NCBI RefSeq assembly: GCF_002736205.1
Contig: NZ_CP024091.1
Coordinates: 2,383,555 to 2,415,554 of the forward strand
Reading direction: 5' to 3'
Length of the DNA stretch: 32,000 nucleotides
Source: Pedobacter ginsengisoli
Lineage (GTDB): Bacteria > Bacteroidota > Bacteroidia > Sphingobacteriales > Sphingobacteriaceae
The notes under the pieces are model-generated. The model saw only the letters and a program-made list of their open reading frames with translations. It did no database searches and was not told the DNA's origin. Position numbers and translations under genes: made by a program. Shown here piece after piece: positions 17,383-26,548 of the stretch. Positions within the stretch are counted from its first letter, which is position 1, and the number at the start of each line of letters is the position of its first letter.

Positions 17383-18756
17383 ATGAGTTCTCGCAGACGG
17401 TTTCTTAAAGAGGCAGCATTGCTAGCTGGAGGTACATTTATAGCGTCATCTTCTGTAGGAAATTTTTTCATCCCTAAAAAGAAAAAAGTCATTATTATAG
17501 GTGCAGGATTTGCTGGTTTGTCTGCCGGCTATGAACTCTATAAGAGAAACATTGATTTTGAAATTATTGAATGCCGAAAAGAAGTTGGGGGCAGGGTATT
17601 TTCCCATACAATAGATGAAAAGGAAAAGCTCATCATTGAACTGGGAGCAGAATGGGTTGGAGAAGATCATACACTGCTTCGCAGTCTTTGCAATCAGTTT
17701 AATCTTCCGCTGGATAATAATCAGTTTAAAACCCAGGTTATCTACAAAAACAACTACTACCAATCACTTGATGAAATTATAACACCACAATGGAGTGAAA
17801 CGTATGACAAATTGATTTCAGGCTATCAGAAATTAAATGAAGCTCAAAAGGATACCCTTGGAAAAAAGCTTGACAAAATTGATTGGTGGCGTTACCTTGT
17901 AAACAATGGTTGCAAAGGGGTTGATTTGGATTTAAGAGAGTTAATAGACAGCACAGATTTTGGTGAAAGTATACGCAATGTATCTGCATATTCAGCTCTT
18001 GATGAATATGCAAAAAGCAGTAAAAATTCCATGAACGAAATGGATTACAAAATAAGAGGAGGAAATCAACAACTGGCATTTAAATTTAAATCATTATTTT
18101 CTGACAAGATAAAACTAAACACCAGGGTAAAAAAGGTAGTACAAGGCAACAAGGTACATGTACATTGTGAAGGTGGCTACATTGCCCAAGGCGATAAACT
18201 AATCTGCACTGCTCCTACTTTTGCTGTAAAAAAGATTGACTGGCAGCCAGCTCTTCCATCATCCATGGCTTATGCAATAGATGCGTTACAATATGCACGT
18301 ATCAACAAAAATGCATTCGAATTTAACAGCCGTTTCTGGAAAGATGAAAGTTTCGATATGATTACAGACACATCGGGTCATTATTTCTATCATGCCACAA
18401 AAAATCAAAAGTCAGAAAAGGGTGTTCTAATTTCATATACTATCGGAGACAAAGCGGCTGTTGTTGCCAACCAAACTGAAAAATGGAGAGCTGAGATGGT
18501 ACAACAGTCTTTACAAGCCGCTTTTCCTAATGTAAATTCAATGTTAGAAAACCAGGTAAACTATTATTGGGGCAATAATGAGCTATCGATGGGCGCCTAT
18601 GCAATGTATGGAAAAGGGCAATGGTTTGATTTATTTCCCAAATTAAATGCACCTCATATCCATACTCATTTCGCTGGCGAACACTTGTCTGAAAACTGGC
18701 AAGGGTTTATGGAAGGTGCATTGGAAACAGGCAAACAAGCAGCTCATAAAATATAA
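17383..18756 (+). CDS. Tat-exported flavin-containing amine oxidase family protein
   Basis: Twin-arginine signal SRRRFLKEAALLAGG. FAD motif VIIIGAGFAGLSAGYEL...ECRKEVGGRV. C-terminal HFAGEHLSENWQGFMEGALETGKQAA, typical of the monoamine/polyamine/L-amino-acid oxidase fold. Confidence 0.8.
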   Translation: MSSRRRFLKEAALLAGGTFIASSSVGNFFIPKKKKVIIIGAGFAGLSAGYELYKRNIDFEIIECRKEVGGRVFSHTIDEKEKLIIELGAEWVGEDHTLLRSLCNQFNLPLDNNQFKTQVIYKNNYYQSLDEIITPQWSETYDKLISGYQKLNEAQKDTLGKKLDKIDWWRYLVNNGCKGVDLDLRELIDSTDFGESIRNVSAYSALDEYAKSSKNSMNEMDYKIRGGNQQLAFKFKSLFSDKIKLNTRVKKVVQGNKVHVHCEGGYIAQGDKLICTAPTFAVKKIDWQPALPSSMAYAIDALQYARINKNAFEFNSRFWKDESFDMITDTSGHYFYHATKNQKSEKGVLISYTIGDKAAVVANQTEKWRAEMVQQSLQAAFPNVNSMLENQVNYYWGNNELSMGAYAMYGKGQWFDLFPKLNAPHIHTHFAGEHLSENWQGFMEGALETGKQAAHKI

Positions 18757-18774
18757 AAGAACAGACAACAAGAA

Positions 18775-19572
18775 ATGAGGTTAAATAATATTGGTTTTAG
18801 CTTGATGCTACTTTGCGGCTCTATATCTATTGCAAATGCACAACAGAGTAAAGTAGTTACCCTTGACAATTTCTTTAATCATGAAACAAAAAAAGACAAG
18901 GATGGAAATGATATCAGGTTTCATTATACATGGGAAGATCAAACACTAAATGGATATTCCATACTTGGTAACATTTTTAAAGCGAATGGATTTCAAATTA
19001 AAAACCTTGATAGCGGGCCAACGCTTACTTCCCTAAAAAGCACCGACATATACATTATTGTTGATCCGGACAATACCAGGGAAGCACCAAATCCAAATTA
19101 CATTAACAAACAACATATCCATACTATTACCAAATGGGTAAAAGCCGGAGGCATCTTGGCATTACTTGCCAATGATAGTGCTAATACTAACTTAACTCAG
19201 TTAAATGTTCTGGCAAAAAACTTTGGTATTAATTTTTCCAATAAAAACAGAAACATGGTAAAAGGGAAAAATTATGAAACAGGAACAGTAAACGTTCCAC
19301 AAGGAAATGATGTATTTACTGCCTCTAAAAAATTCTATATAAAGGAACTTTCAATTCTTCAGTTAAATGCACCAGCCCAAGCTTTAATTACAGAACAGAA
19401 TGACATCATTATGGCTACGGCAAAATATGGAAAAGGCTTTGTTTTTGCCCTTGGCGACCCATGGATTTATAATGAATATGTTGATGGAACCCGAATTCCA
19501 TCAACATACGAAAACTATAATGGTGCAGTTGAACTGGTAAAATGGCTTAGTTCAAAAATATCTCATCAATAA
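18775..19572 (+). CDS. Secreted hypothetical protein, DUF4350/class-I glutamine-amidotransferase-like fold
   Basis: Signal peptide (LLCGSISIANAQ). The pattern DIYIIVDPDN...ITKWVKAGGILALLAND...LAKNFGINF resembles DUF4350/ThuA-like domains. It lies 18 nt downstream of the amine oxidase. The family call is tentative. Confidence 0.45.
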   Translation: MRLNNIGFSLMLLCGSISIANAQQSKVVTLDNFFNHETKKDKDGNDIRFHYTWEDQTLNGYSILGNIFKANGFQIKNLDSGPTLTSLKSTDIYIIVDPDNTREAPNPNYINKQHIHTITKWVKAGGILALLANDSANTNLTQLNVLAKNFGINFSNKNRNMVKGKNYETGTVNVPQGNDVFTASKKFYIKELSILQLNAPAQALITEQNDIIMATAKYGKGFVFALGDPWIYNEYVDGTRIPSTYENYNGAVELVKWLSSKISHQ

Positions 19573-21703
19573 ATAACCAGGCCGGCTGTCCTTTACCCGG
19601 ATGCCATTCGGGTAATTTTTTAAAGTTTTTGCCCACTATCTTTACGCACGAAACATTTCTAGGTTCAAATTTCGCATCCAATTTTAATAGTGCATTCCCT
19701 TCATCTTTAACCGGCATTTGGTTCTTTATAACCTTCAATAATTTAAGACTTTTTTTATCAGCCCCACCCCAAATCTCTACCTCTTGCGGAAGCAAAATAT
19801 AAGCCTGTACCTGTCGCATTACATTAAGCGTTACAGATTTTAAAGATATTGGTTGCTTAAAGAACATTATAGCCTCCATATTATTCTCTCTAAAACCAAT
19901 CCATTTACCATTATTAACATCAAAATCACCTAGCTGATTATCAAGCAGCACCTTTGGCCCCTCAGATTTGTACTTTTCATTTGCCGGTAATAGAAATGCC
20001 ATACTATCGGGTTTATAATTGCTCTGATAAAAGTTAAAACTTACCACATCGCTGCTATACCATCCCGCTTTATAAGCTTTTACTTTAAGGGTAGCAGTTT
20101 CCTTAATCACAATTTCCTTATCATACAAAAGAGATTTAAGACTATCTGGTTCTGAGCCATCAGTAGTATACCTGATTTGTACCCCATTTATAGGATGCTT
20201 AACCTGAAGGGACAAAGAACTTTTAAAAATAGAAACATCGGTAGTCAAACGAGGCTGATTTAATTTAACCGGATTCTTTCCATCATCTTTAAACCCACCT
20301 ATCACCGTTAGCTCCTTATTCATTTTCTGTAGCTGGGCTATCTCAGTCTCTTTTAAACCGGTATTCCATAAGGTCAGTTCTTTAAGGCTTTTCATACCAA
20401 TAAGCTGCTTTACTGAACCAAAATTAACCTTAGTTCCCGACAACGATAAGGCATTTAAATGATTTAAAGATTTTAGATACTTGAGCCCATCACCTTTAAC
20501 ATCAGTAAAATTCAGATTTAATTTACGCAGGTTTCCAAACCCTCCAATTATCTTTAACTCTTCGTCTTTCACCGGTAAATTATTCAGATTTAATGATACA
20601 ATCTGCTTTTTAAGCGGTTCCAGTTCTTTAACCGCCTCAGGCTTATAAATACTTCTGTTATATATATTTACCTCCAAAGCTGGCGAGACTTTATCCAACG
20701 GATAAATTACGCGGTAATTATTGTTTAGCTTCTTAACCGTGGACTCATCAGCAGCTGCGAAGTCATAATTTTCCTCAACAGCACCTACAGGTCCAAGTAA
20801 CGAGGCCGATAGCACCCTTAAAGAATCACTTTTTGGTAATTCAATAACCTTTTTCTTTAAATCGGCATTATCTTTTACCCATAATGCTAAAATGGTAATT
20901 TCTTCAGGTGTTAACTGAGATTTACTCTTAGGAGGCATGTGCTTTTTATCATCAACCGGAAGATGTATCCGTTCTAGCAATAAGCTTATTTCAGGTTTCC
21001 CTGGCACAAACAATTTACCATTCTTGCCACCTTTAAGCATAGATTTGGCATCAGTAAGAATTAAACTACCCTTCGCTTTTTCTAAGTTATGACAGCTTAA
21101 ACACTTCTCATTAAATATGGGCATTACCACATCATCAAATATTACAGCTTTGTCAACCGGAACCTTTTCTTTAGCCGGTATTAAAGCTGCCAGTACAAAA
21201 TTATCTCCGTGCGTTAATGTAGCACCATAATGGCCTGTAACAATTAAACACAAAACAGTAATAACGGCACCTGCTTTTGCTACAGAAGCCTTATACCACG
21301 AAGAATTTCTGGACCAATAGATAATTGAAGAAAAAAATACAATACTTACCCCTGTCCATTTATGCCATTGCAAAGTGCTGCCACTATACCCCTCCTCTTT
21401 AGACAGGAACAGCCCCATAATAACAGTTACTGCAGCCAGTAATACCCCTGTTAGCAATAACCCGGTAGTGAAATTTTGATACAATTTCTCTCCGGTATAT
21501 GATTCCTTAAAGCGAAAGAATTCCAGAAGCATTGCCAACAACAAAAGCACAATCGGAAAATGCAGAATCATTGGGTGCAACCTTCCTAGTGGCTGTAGCC
21601 AATATGGAACGGCAATCTTCTCTCCAAATATTAATAAAAAGACAATAAAGATATTTAACGCAAATAATGCATTTTCTGTAAAACCCTTAAGCGTAATTCT
21701 CAT
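19547..21703 (-). CDS. Membrane-anchored cytochrome c-domain protein: His-rich 5-TM (DUF2231-like) + PSCyt1 CxxCH + LRR + chitobiase-C-like + discoidin-like domains
   Basis: Five N-terminal TM helices carry conserved-looking histidines (RLHPMILHFP, WHKW, GHYGATLTHG). CLSCH lies at nt 21089-21103, followed by KGG..G...PG......LL.RI....MPP. Four ~24-aa leucine-rich repeats are present (NLRKLNLNFTDVKGDGLKYLKSLNHLNALSLSGTKV...). It also has VQIRYTTDGSEPD...LKVKAYKAGWYSSDV and a C-terminal F5/8-type-C-like region ending in WLFIDEIFLN. Confidence 0.75.
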   Translation of the reverse strand: MRITLKGFTENALFALNIFIVFLLIFGEKIAVPYWLQPLGRLHPMILHFPIVLLLLAMLLEFFRFKESYTGEKLYQNFTTGLLLTGVLLAAVTVIMGLFLSKEEGYSGSTLQWHKWTGVSIVFFSSIIYWSRNSSWYKASVAKAGAVITVLCLIVTGHYGATLTHGDNFVLAALIPAKEKVPVDKAVIFDDVVMPIFNEKCLSCHNLEKAKGSLILTDAKSMLKGGKNGKLFVPGKPEISLLLERIHLPVDDKKHMPPKSKSQLTPEEITILALWVKDNADLKKKVIELPKSDSLRVLSASLLGPVGAVEENYDFAAADESTVKKLNNNYRVIYPLDKVSPALEVNIYNRSIYKPEAVKELEPLKKQIVSLNLNNLPVKDEELKIIGGFGNLRKLNLNFTDVKGDGLKYLKSLNHLNALSLSGTKVNFGSVKQLIGMKSLKELTLWNTGLKETEIAQLQKMNKELTVIGGFKDDGKNPVKLNQPRLTTDVSIFKSSLSLQVKHPINGVQIRYTTDGSEPDSLKSLLYDKEIVIKETATLKVKAYKAGWYSSDVVSFNFYQSNYKPDSMAFLLPANEKYKSEGPKVLLDNQLGDFDVNNGKWIGFRENNMEAIMFFKQPISLKSVTLNVMRQVQAYILLPQEVEIWGGADKKSLKLLKVIKNQMPVKDEGNALLKLDAKFEPRNVSCVKIVGKNFKKLPEWHPGKGQPAWLFIDEIFLN

Positions 21704-21708
21704 AAAAA

Positions 21709-22734
21709 TTATGCGCGCGTAAATTTATATGGATAAACTTTTCCAGATGCCCATTGAGCTACATAAAGGTTTTCATCATCATCTACACATACATCATGTG
21801 GGTTCAGGAAAATCTTTTCAGCCTGAGACATTGGCTGTAATAAGCCATCAGTATAAACCGGTGCAGAACCACCAATATTAGATACTACCTTATTATTCTT
21901 ATCTAAAATGGTAACAAAACCACTGTTTTCTTTATTCAGGTCCGGCGATCTAAGTACCGCTGCATATAAGTAATCATTTTTAATAACCGGTCTGCATACA
22001 CAGGCTCCCGGAAGAGCAATTACCTCTTTTAAATTACCTGCCATATCAAAACGTTTAAAACAATTACGTGTACGATCTGTAACAATCAACGATGCTTCTC
22101 CATGCCTTTTATCAATGCAAACGCCATGTGCATTATCCAGGTTCTTTGTTTCCGGGCCTCTTCCACCAAAATAGCTTAACAATTTACCTTCAGCATTATA
22201 ATGCAAAACATACTGCAAACCGTAACCATCGGCAATAAAGAAATCACCATTATCTGCAACTGCTACCTCTGTAGGCACATATTCTTCATTCTTTTTATAC
22301 AAACCCGTTTCCATCGGACAATCTAGTGTCATCAGGATCTTCCCTTCCAAAGTAGTTTTATATACCTGATGCCTGTTGGTATCTGTAATAAAAAGAAACT
22401 CTTTGCCACCTTCTTTCGAAAGCGTTAATCCATGCGCACCAGGAAACTCATGCCCCCATGAATCCAACAGCTTTCCTGATTTATTATAGATAAGAACATT
22501 ATTTTTGGTCTCGTTAGTTAACAAAATAATTCGTCCTTTTTTATCCTGCACCATTTCGTGGCAATCGTTTACAGGGTTCTTTAAGGGGTTTAATTGTCCC
22601 CATTTAGCATCCATGGTATAGCGCATATTGTCGTGGCCATACACAGGTCCTTTTGAATTTGCCAATGTATCTTTCATAATAAAAAATCCTGCAGAAACTG
22701 CGGTTGTATGTTTTAAAAATTCTCTTCTTTTCAT
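21709..22734 (-). CDS. Tat-exported six-bladed NHL beta-propeller, peptidyl-alpha-hydroxyglycine alpha-amidating lyase (PAL)-like
   Basis: Tat signal MKRREFLKHTTAVSAG. The blade motifs resemble PAL: GAHGLTL...ITDTNRHQVYK, VPTEVAVADNGDFFIADGYGLQYVLHYNAEGK, NAHGVCID...VTDRTRNCFKRF, NPHDVCVDDDENLYVAQW. The three His, the Tyr and the Arg positions appear retained. This comparison is from memory of the PAL sequence. Confidence 0.7.
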   Translation of the reverse strand: MKRREFLKHTTAVSAGFFIMKDTLANSKGPVYGHDNMRYTMDAKWGQLNPLKNPVNDCHEMVQDKKGRIILLTNETKNNVLIYNKSGKLLDSWGHEFPGAHGLTLSKEGGKEFLFITDTNRHQVYKTTLEGKILMTLDCPMETGLYKKNEEYVPTEVAVADNGDFFIADGYGLQYVLHYNAEGKLLSYFGGRGPETKNLDNAHGVCIDKRHGEASLIVTDRTRNCFKRFDMAGNLKEVIALPGACVCRPVIKNDYLYAAVLRSPDLNKENSGFVTILDKNNKVVSNIGGSAPVYTDGLLQPMSQAEKIFLNPHDVCVDDDENLYVAQWASGKVYPYKFTRA

Positions 22735-22743
22735 AAAATATTG

Positions 22744-24195
22744 TTATGCTATAATGTCTTTAATTACTTTACCCGCTACATCAGTTAATCTATACCTACG
22801 GCCCAGATGCTTAAATGTAAGCTTCTCATGATTTAACCCCAATTGATTAAGAACTGTTGCATGAAAATCGTTTACATGCACAGGATCTTTTACAATATTA
22901 TATCCAAACTCATCCGATTCTCCGTATACAATACCGGGCTTAATTCCGCCCCCCGCCATCCAAATACTAAAGCAGCGCGGATGATGGTCACGACCATAAT
23001 TATCTTTGGTCATAGCCCCCTGGCTGTAATTGGTACGGCCAAACTCACCTCCCCATATCACCAGCGTTTCATCAAGCAATCCTCTTTGCTTCAAATCAGT
23101 TATTAAAGCTGCCGATGCCTGATCCACATCTTTAGCCTGTCCGGCCATTTCATTAGGTAAATTACCATGCTGATCCCATCCCTGATGATACAATTGTACA
23201 AAACGCACCCCATTTTCACTTAGTTTGCGCGCCAGTAAACAATTGGCAGCAAAAGTTCCTGGAACCAGACAATCTGGGCCGTAAAGTTTTATAATATCGT
23301 CAGGTTCTTTAGATAGGTCTGTTATTTCGGGAACCGCAGTTTGCATCCTGTATGCCATTTCGTACTGCTGAACTTTGGCATTTATCTCCGGATCGCCAAA
23401 TTCCTTGTACGACATTTCATTCAGCTCAGCCAGTTTATCAAGCATTTTTCTTCTCTCAAACCTGTTCAGGCCTTCCGGATCTTTTAAATAAAGCACCGGA
23501 TCCTCTCCGCTGCTAAACTGCACACCCTGATGTGTGGAGTCAAGAAATCCATTAGTCCACAGTTTTGAGTATACACCTTGCCCATTACCTTTACCTCTTG
23601 AAAGAAGTACAGTGAACGCAGGCAGGTTTTTATTTTCACTGCCTAAACCGTAACTAAGCCATGCTCCCATACTTGGCCTATTTCCCTGCTGCGCTCCTGT
23701 CTGAAAAAAGGTTAATGCCGGATCATGATTTATTGCTTCCGTAAACATCGACCTGATAATGCAAATATCATCAACAACTTTAGCCGTATGCGGGAATAAA
23801 TCACTAATCCACGCCCTAGACTGGCCGTATTGCTTAAAATCATAATAAGAACCTACCAACGGAAAAGACGATTGATTGGCTGTCATACCTGTAAGGCGCT
23901 GCCCAGCCCTGATAGATGCAGGAAGCTCCTGCCCCATCATTTCTCTAAGCTTTGGCTTATAATCAAACGATTCCAGTTGTGAGGGTGCACCGTTCTGAAA
24001 AAGATAAATCACCCTTTTTGCTTTAGGGGCAAAATCCGGAATCCCAGGCGGAAGCCCTGCTTCTTCAAAACTACCGGCAAACAGATCAGGAATTAATAAA
24101 GATCCCAATGCAACACTCCCCAGCCCCAAACTTAATTTTGAAAGGAAACGGCGTCTGTTAAAGTTAAGCCCATGCTCCAAAATATTCTTTTCCAT
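22744..24195 (-). CDS. DUF1501-domain protein (alkaline-phosphatase/sulfatase-superfamily fold), Tat-exported
   Basis: Tat signal NRRRFLSKLSLGLG. Signature VIWGGEFGRT...GRDHHPRCFSIWMAGGGIKPG. It begins 2 nt after the upstream DUF1553 gene. Confidence 0.85.
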   Translation of the reverse strand: MEKNILEHGLNFNRRRFLSKLSLGLGSVALGSLLIPDLFAGSFEEAGLPPGIPDFAPKAKRVIYLFQNGAPSQLESFDYKPKLREMMGQELPASIRAGQRLTGMTANQSSFPLVGSYYDFKQYGQSRAWISDLFPHTAKVVDDICIIRSMFTEAINHDPALTFFQTGAQQGNRPSMGAWLSYGLGSENKNLPAFTVLLSRGKGNGQGVYSKLWTNGFLDSTHQGVQFSSGEDPVLYLKDPEGLNRFERRKMLDKLAELNEMSYKEFGDPEINAKVQQYEMAYRMQTAVPEITDLSKEPDDIIKLYGPDCLVPGTFAANCLLARKLSENGVRFVQLYHQGWDQHGNLPNEMAGQAKDVDQASAALITDLKQRGLLDETLVIWGGEFGRTNYSQGAMTKDNYGRDHHPRCFSIWMAGGGIKPGIVYGESDEFGYNIVKDPVHVNDFHATVLNQLGLNHEKLTFKHLGRRYRLTDVAGKVIKDIIA

Positions 24196-24197
24196 AA

Positions 24198-26519
24198 TTA
24201 GGATTTTGTAATGGTTTCTTCTAAATTATATATTGCTGCAATTACCTCCATCATTGCTGCAAGTTCAGTTTTATTGTTTTTTTGTGAAAGCGGATATTCT
24301 CCAACGGCCAAAACTTTATCTGCATTTGCCTTTTGTTTAAACACTTTCAACTGATCTGCATAGTAAGCGGTAAGCACCTGTACTTCCTCTTTCTTAGGCT
24401 TTCTGCATACAATTCTTCTAAATGCTGTACCTATCTTAGCTTCTGCAGTTCCTTTACCTTGTAATAACTTATCGGCCAAAACGCGCGAGGCTTCCAACAC
24501 GGTTGGATCATTCATCATTGCCAAAGCCTGAAGCGGAGTATTTGTTTTTAATCTTTTAACCTCACATTGGTCTCTGTTACTGGCATCAAAAATTCCCATT
24601 ACCGGAGGCGGAACAGTTCTTTTAATAAAAGTATACATGCCTCTGCGATACAGGCTTTCGTTATGATCCTGCTTATAGTTAGCCAATAATCCCCTACCTG
24701 ATGTTGCGGCTTCCCAAAGGCCAGGTGGCTGATAAGGCTTAACACTTGGCCCGCCTATTGTTTTAACCAACAAACCACTGCTTGAAAGCACTACATCTCT
24801 AACAAGTTCGGCAGGGATACGATAGCGTGGAGCCCTGGCCAGAAGTATGTTCTCAGGATCTGTCTTCAATTTTTCTGCTGATACAACAGCTGATTGTCTG
24901 TACGTTGCCGATGTTACTATTTGTTTAACCAGGCGCTTAATGTCCCATCCATGGTTAATAAAATCAACCGCAAGCCAGTCTAGCAATTCAGGATGCGAAG
25001 GTAATTCGCCCTGCATACCAAAATCTCCGGAAGTTTTAACAATGCCCCGTCCAAAAAACTCTTGCCAAACCTGATTTACAAATACCCTTGATGTAAGCGG
25101 ATTTTTCTTATCAAACAGCCATTGTGTTAGCCCCAGTCTATTTTTAGGATATTTGTCGCTAAATGAAAGTAATGATTTAGGAGTTCCAGCTTCAACCACT
25201 TCGCCATGAGCATCATACACCCCTCTTTTTAGCAAATAAGTTTTACGAACCGTATCCTGATCGCCCATAACAGAAACGATTAGCTTATTCGTATCCTGCT
25301 TATTTACAAATTTCAGTATTTCCTTAACGTCAGCATTGCTGATTTCCATTAGTGGTTTTTTGGCATAAGTTTCCGGACCACCTACAACCGACTCAAGCCC
25401 TACTTCTTTTACATTATTGAAAAAGGCAAATACCTGATAATATTCTTTTTGTGAAAATGGATCGTATTTATGATCATGGCAATGTGCACACTCTAACGTA
25501 ACACCAATGATGGCTTTTCCAAAAGTATTTGTCCTATCGGTAACATACTCAACCCTATATTCTTCATCAATTACCCCGCCCTCTTCCGTTATCTTATGGT
25601 TTCTGTTAAATCCTGTTGCCAAAAGCTGCTCTTTTGAAGCATTTGGCATCAAATCGCCAGCAAGTTGCCAGCTAATGAATTTATTATAGGGCATATTTTC
25701 ATTAAATGCATGAATTACCCAATCTCTCCATGGCCACTGACTACGGTAATTATCATCCTGATAACCATGAGAATCTGCATATCTGGCAACATCCAGCCAG
25801 TGTAACGCCATTCTTTCGCCATAAGCCGGACTTGCTATCAAAGATTCCACAACTTTCTCGTAAGCATTGCTGCTGGAGTCGGCTAAAAATTTATCCATCA
25901 TCTCTACAGATGGTGGCAAACCGGTAATATCCAGGCTTGCGCGTTTTAACAACCTTTCCTTATCCGCTTCCGGATTTGGTGCAATCCCTTTATGCTCGAG
26001 TTTATCAAGCACAAAATAATCAATCTCATTTTTAGCCCACTTCGCATCTTTTACTTTTGGTGTTTGAGGTAATTTAGGAGGTGTAAAAGCCCAATGTTTC
26101 TCATATTTCGCACCCTGCTTAATCCATTTCTCTATTATAGATATCTCGTGGGCAGTTAATTTAAGATTAGATGACTTTGGAGGCATTATGTATGCAGTAT
26201 CCTGCGTAGATATCCTTAAAAATACTTCAGAAGCATTAGGCTTAAATGGCACTAGCGCATGTGCTGATGGGTTTTCTTTTAAAGCTTTATAAGCTTCTGA
26301 TGCAATATCCAATCGCAAATCGGCTTCCCGTTTATTTGCATCGGGGCCGTGGCAGGCGAAACATTTATCAGAAAGAATTGGCCTTACATTAAAATTATAG
26401 CTGATGCTATCTGGCATCTGTTCTTCACCAACCTGATTAGAAGACGGACCATTACATGCCTGTATAACATATACAATAGCAAAAAAAATCAGCATTAAAT
26501 AAAAAAGCCTACGACACAT
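24198..26519 (-). CDS. PSCyt1 + PSCyt2 (DUF1549) + PSD1 (DUF1553) planctomycete-type cytochrome c protein
   Basis: The ORF-track start at 26552 is a TTG. I prefer the ATG at 26519 (MCRRLFYLMLIFFAIVYVIQAC, a lipoprotein-like signal). CFACH lies at nt 26349-26363 with the downstream MPP motif. The DUF1549 block is ERLLKRASLDITGLPP...HWLDVARYADSHGY. A second CAHCHDHKYDP lies at nt 25476-25490. The C-terminus is DUF1553-like. Confidence 0.85.
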   Translation of the reverse strand: MCRRLFYLMLIFFAIVYVIQACNGPSSNQVGEEQMPDSISYNFNVRPILSDKCFACHGPDANKREADLRLDIASEAYKALKENPSAHALVPFKPNASEVFLRISTQDTAYIMPPKSSNLKLTAHEISIIEKWIKQGAKYEKHWAFTPPKLPQTPKVKDAKWAKNEIDYFVLDKLEHKGIAPNPEADKERLLKRASLDITGLPPSVEMMDKFLADSSSNAYEKVVESLIASPAYGERMALHWLDVARYADSHGYQDDNYRSQWPWRDWVIHAFNENMPYNKFISWQLAGDLMPNASKEQLLATGFNRNHKITEEGGVIDEEYRVEYVTDRTNTFGKAIIGVTLECAHCHDHKYDPFSQKEYYQVFAFFNNVKEVGLESVVGGPETYAKKPLMEISNADVKEILKFVNKQDTNKLIVSVMGDQDTVRKTYLLKRGVYDAHGEVVEAGTPKSLLSFSDKYPKNRLGLTQWLFDKKNPLTSRVFVNQVWQEFFGRGIVKTSGDFGMQGELPSHPELLDWLAVDFINHGWDIKRLVKQIVTSATYRQSAVVSAEKLKTDPENILLARAPRYRIPAELVRDVVLSSSGLLVKTIGGPSVKPYQPPGLWEAATSGRGLLANYKQDHNESLYRRGMYTFIKRTVPPPVMGIFDASNRDQCEVKRLKTNTPLQALAMMNDPTVLEASRVLADKLLQGKGTAEAKIGTAFRRIVCRKPKKEEVQVLTAYYADQLKVFKQKANADKVLAVGEYPLSQKNNKTELAAMMEVIAAIYNLEETITKS

Positions 26520-26548
26520 GCGATAAATATTTGGTTTCACTTGTACAG

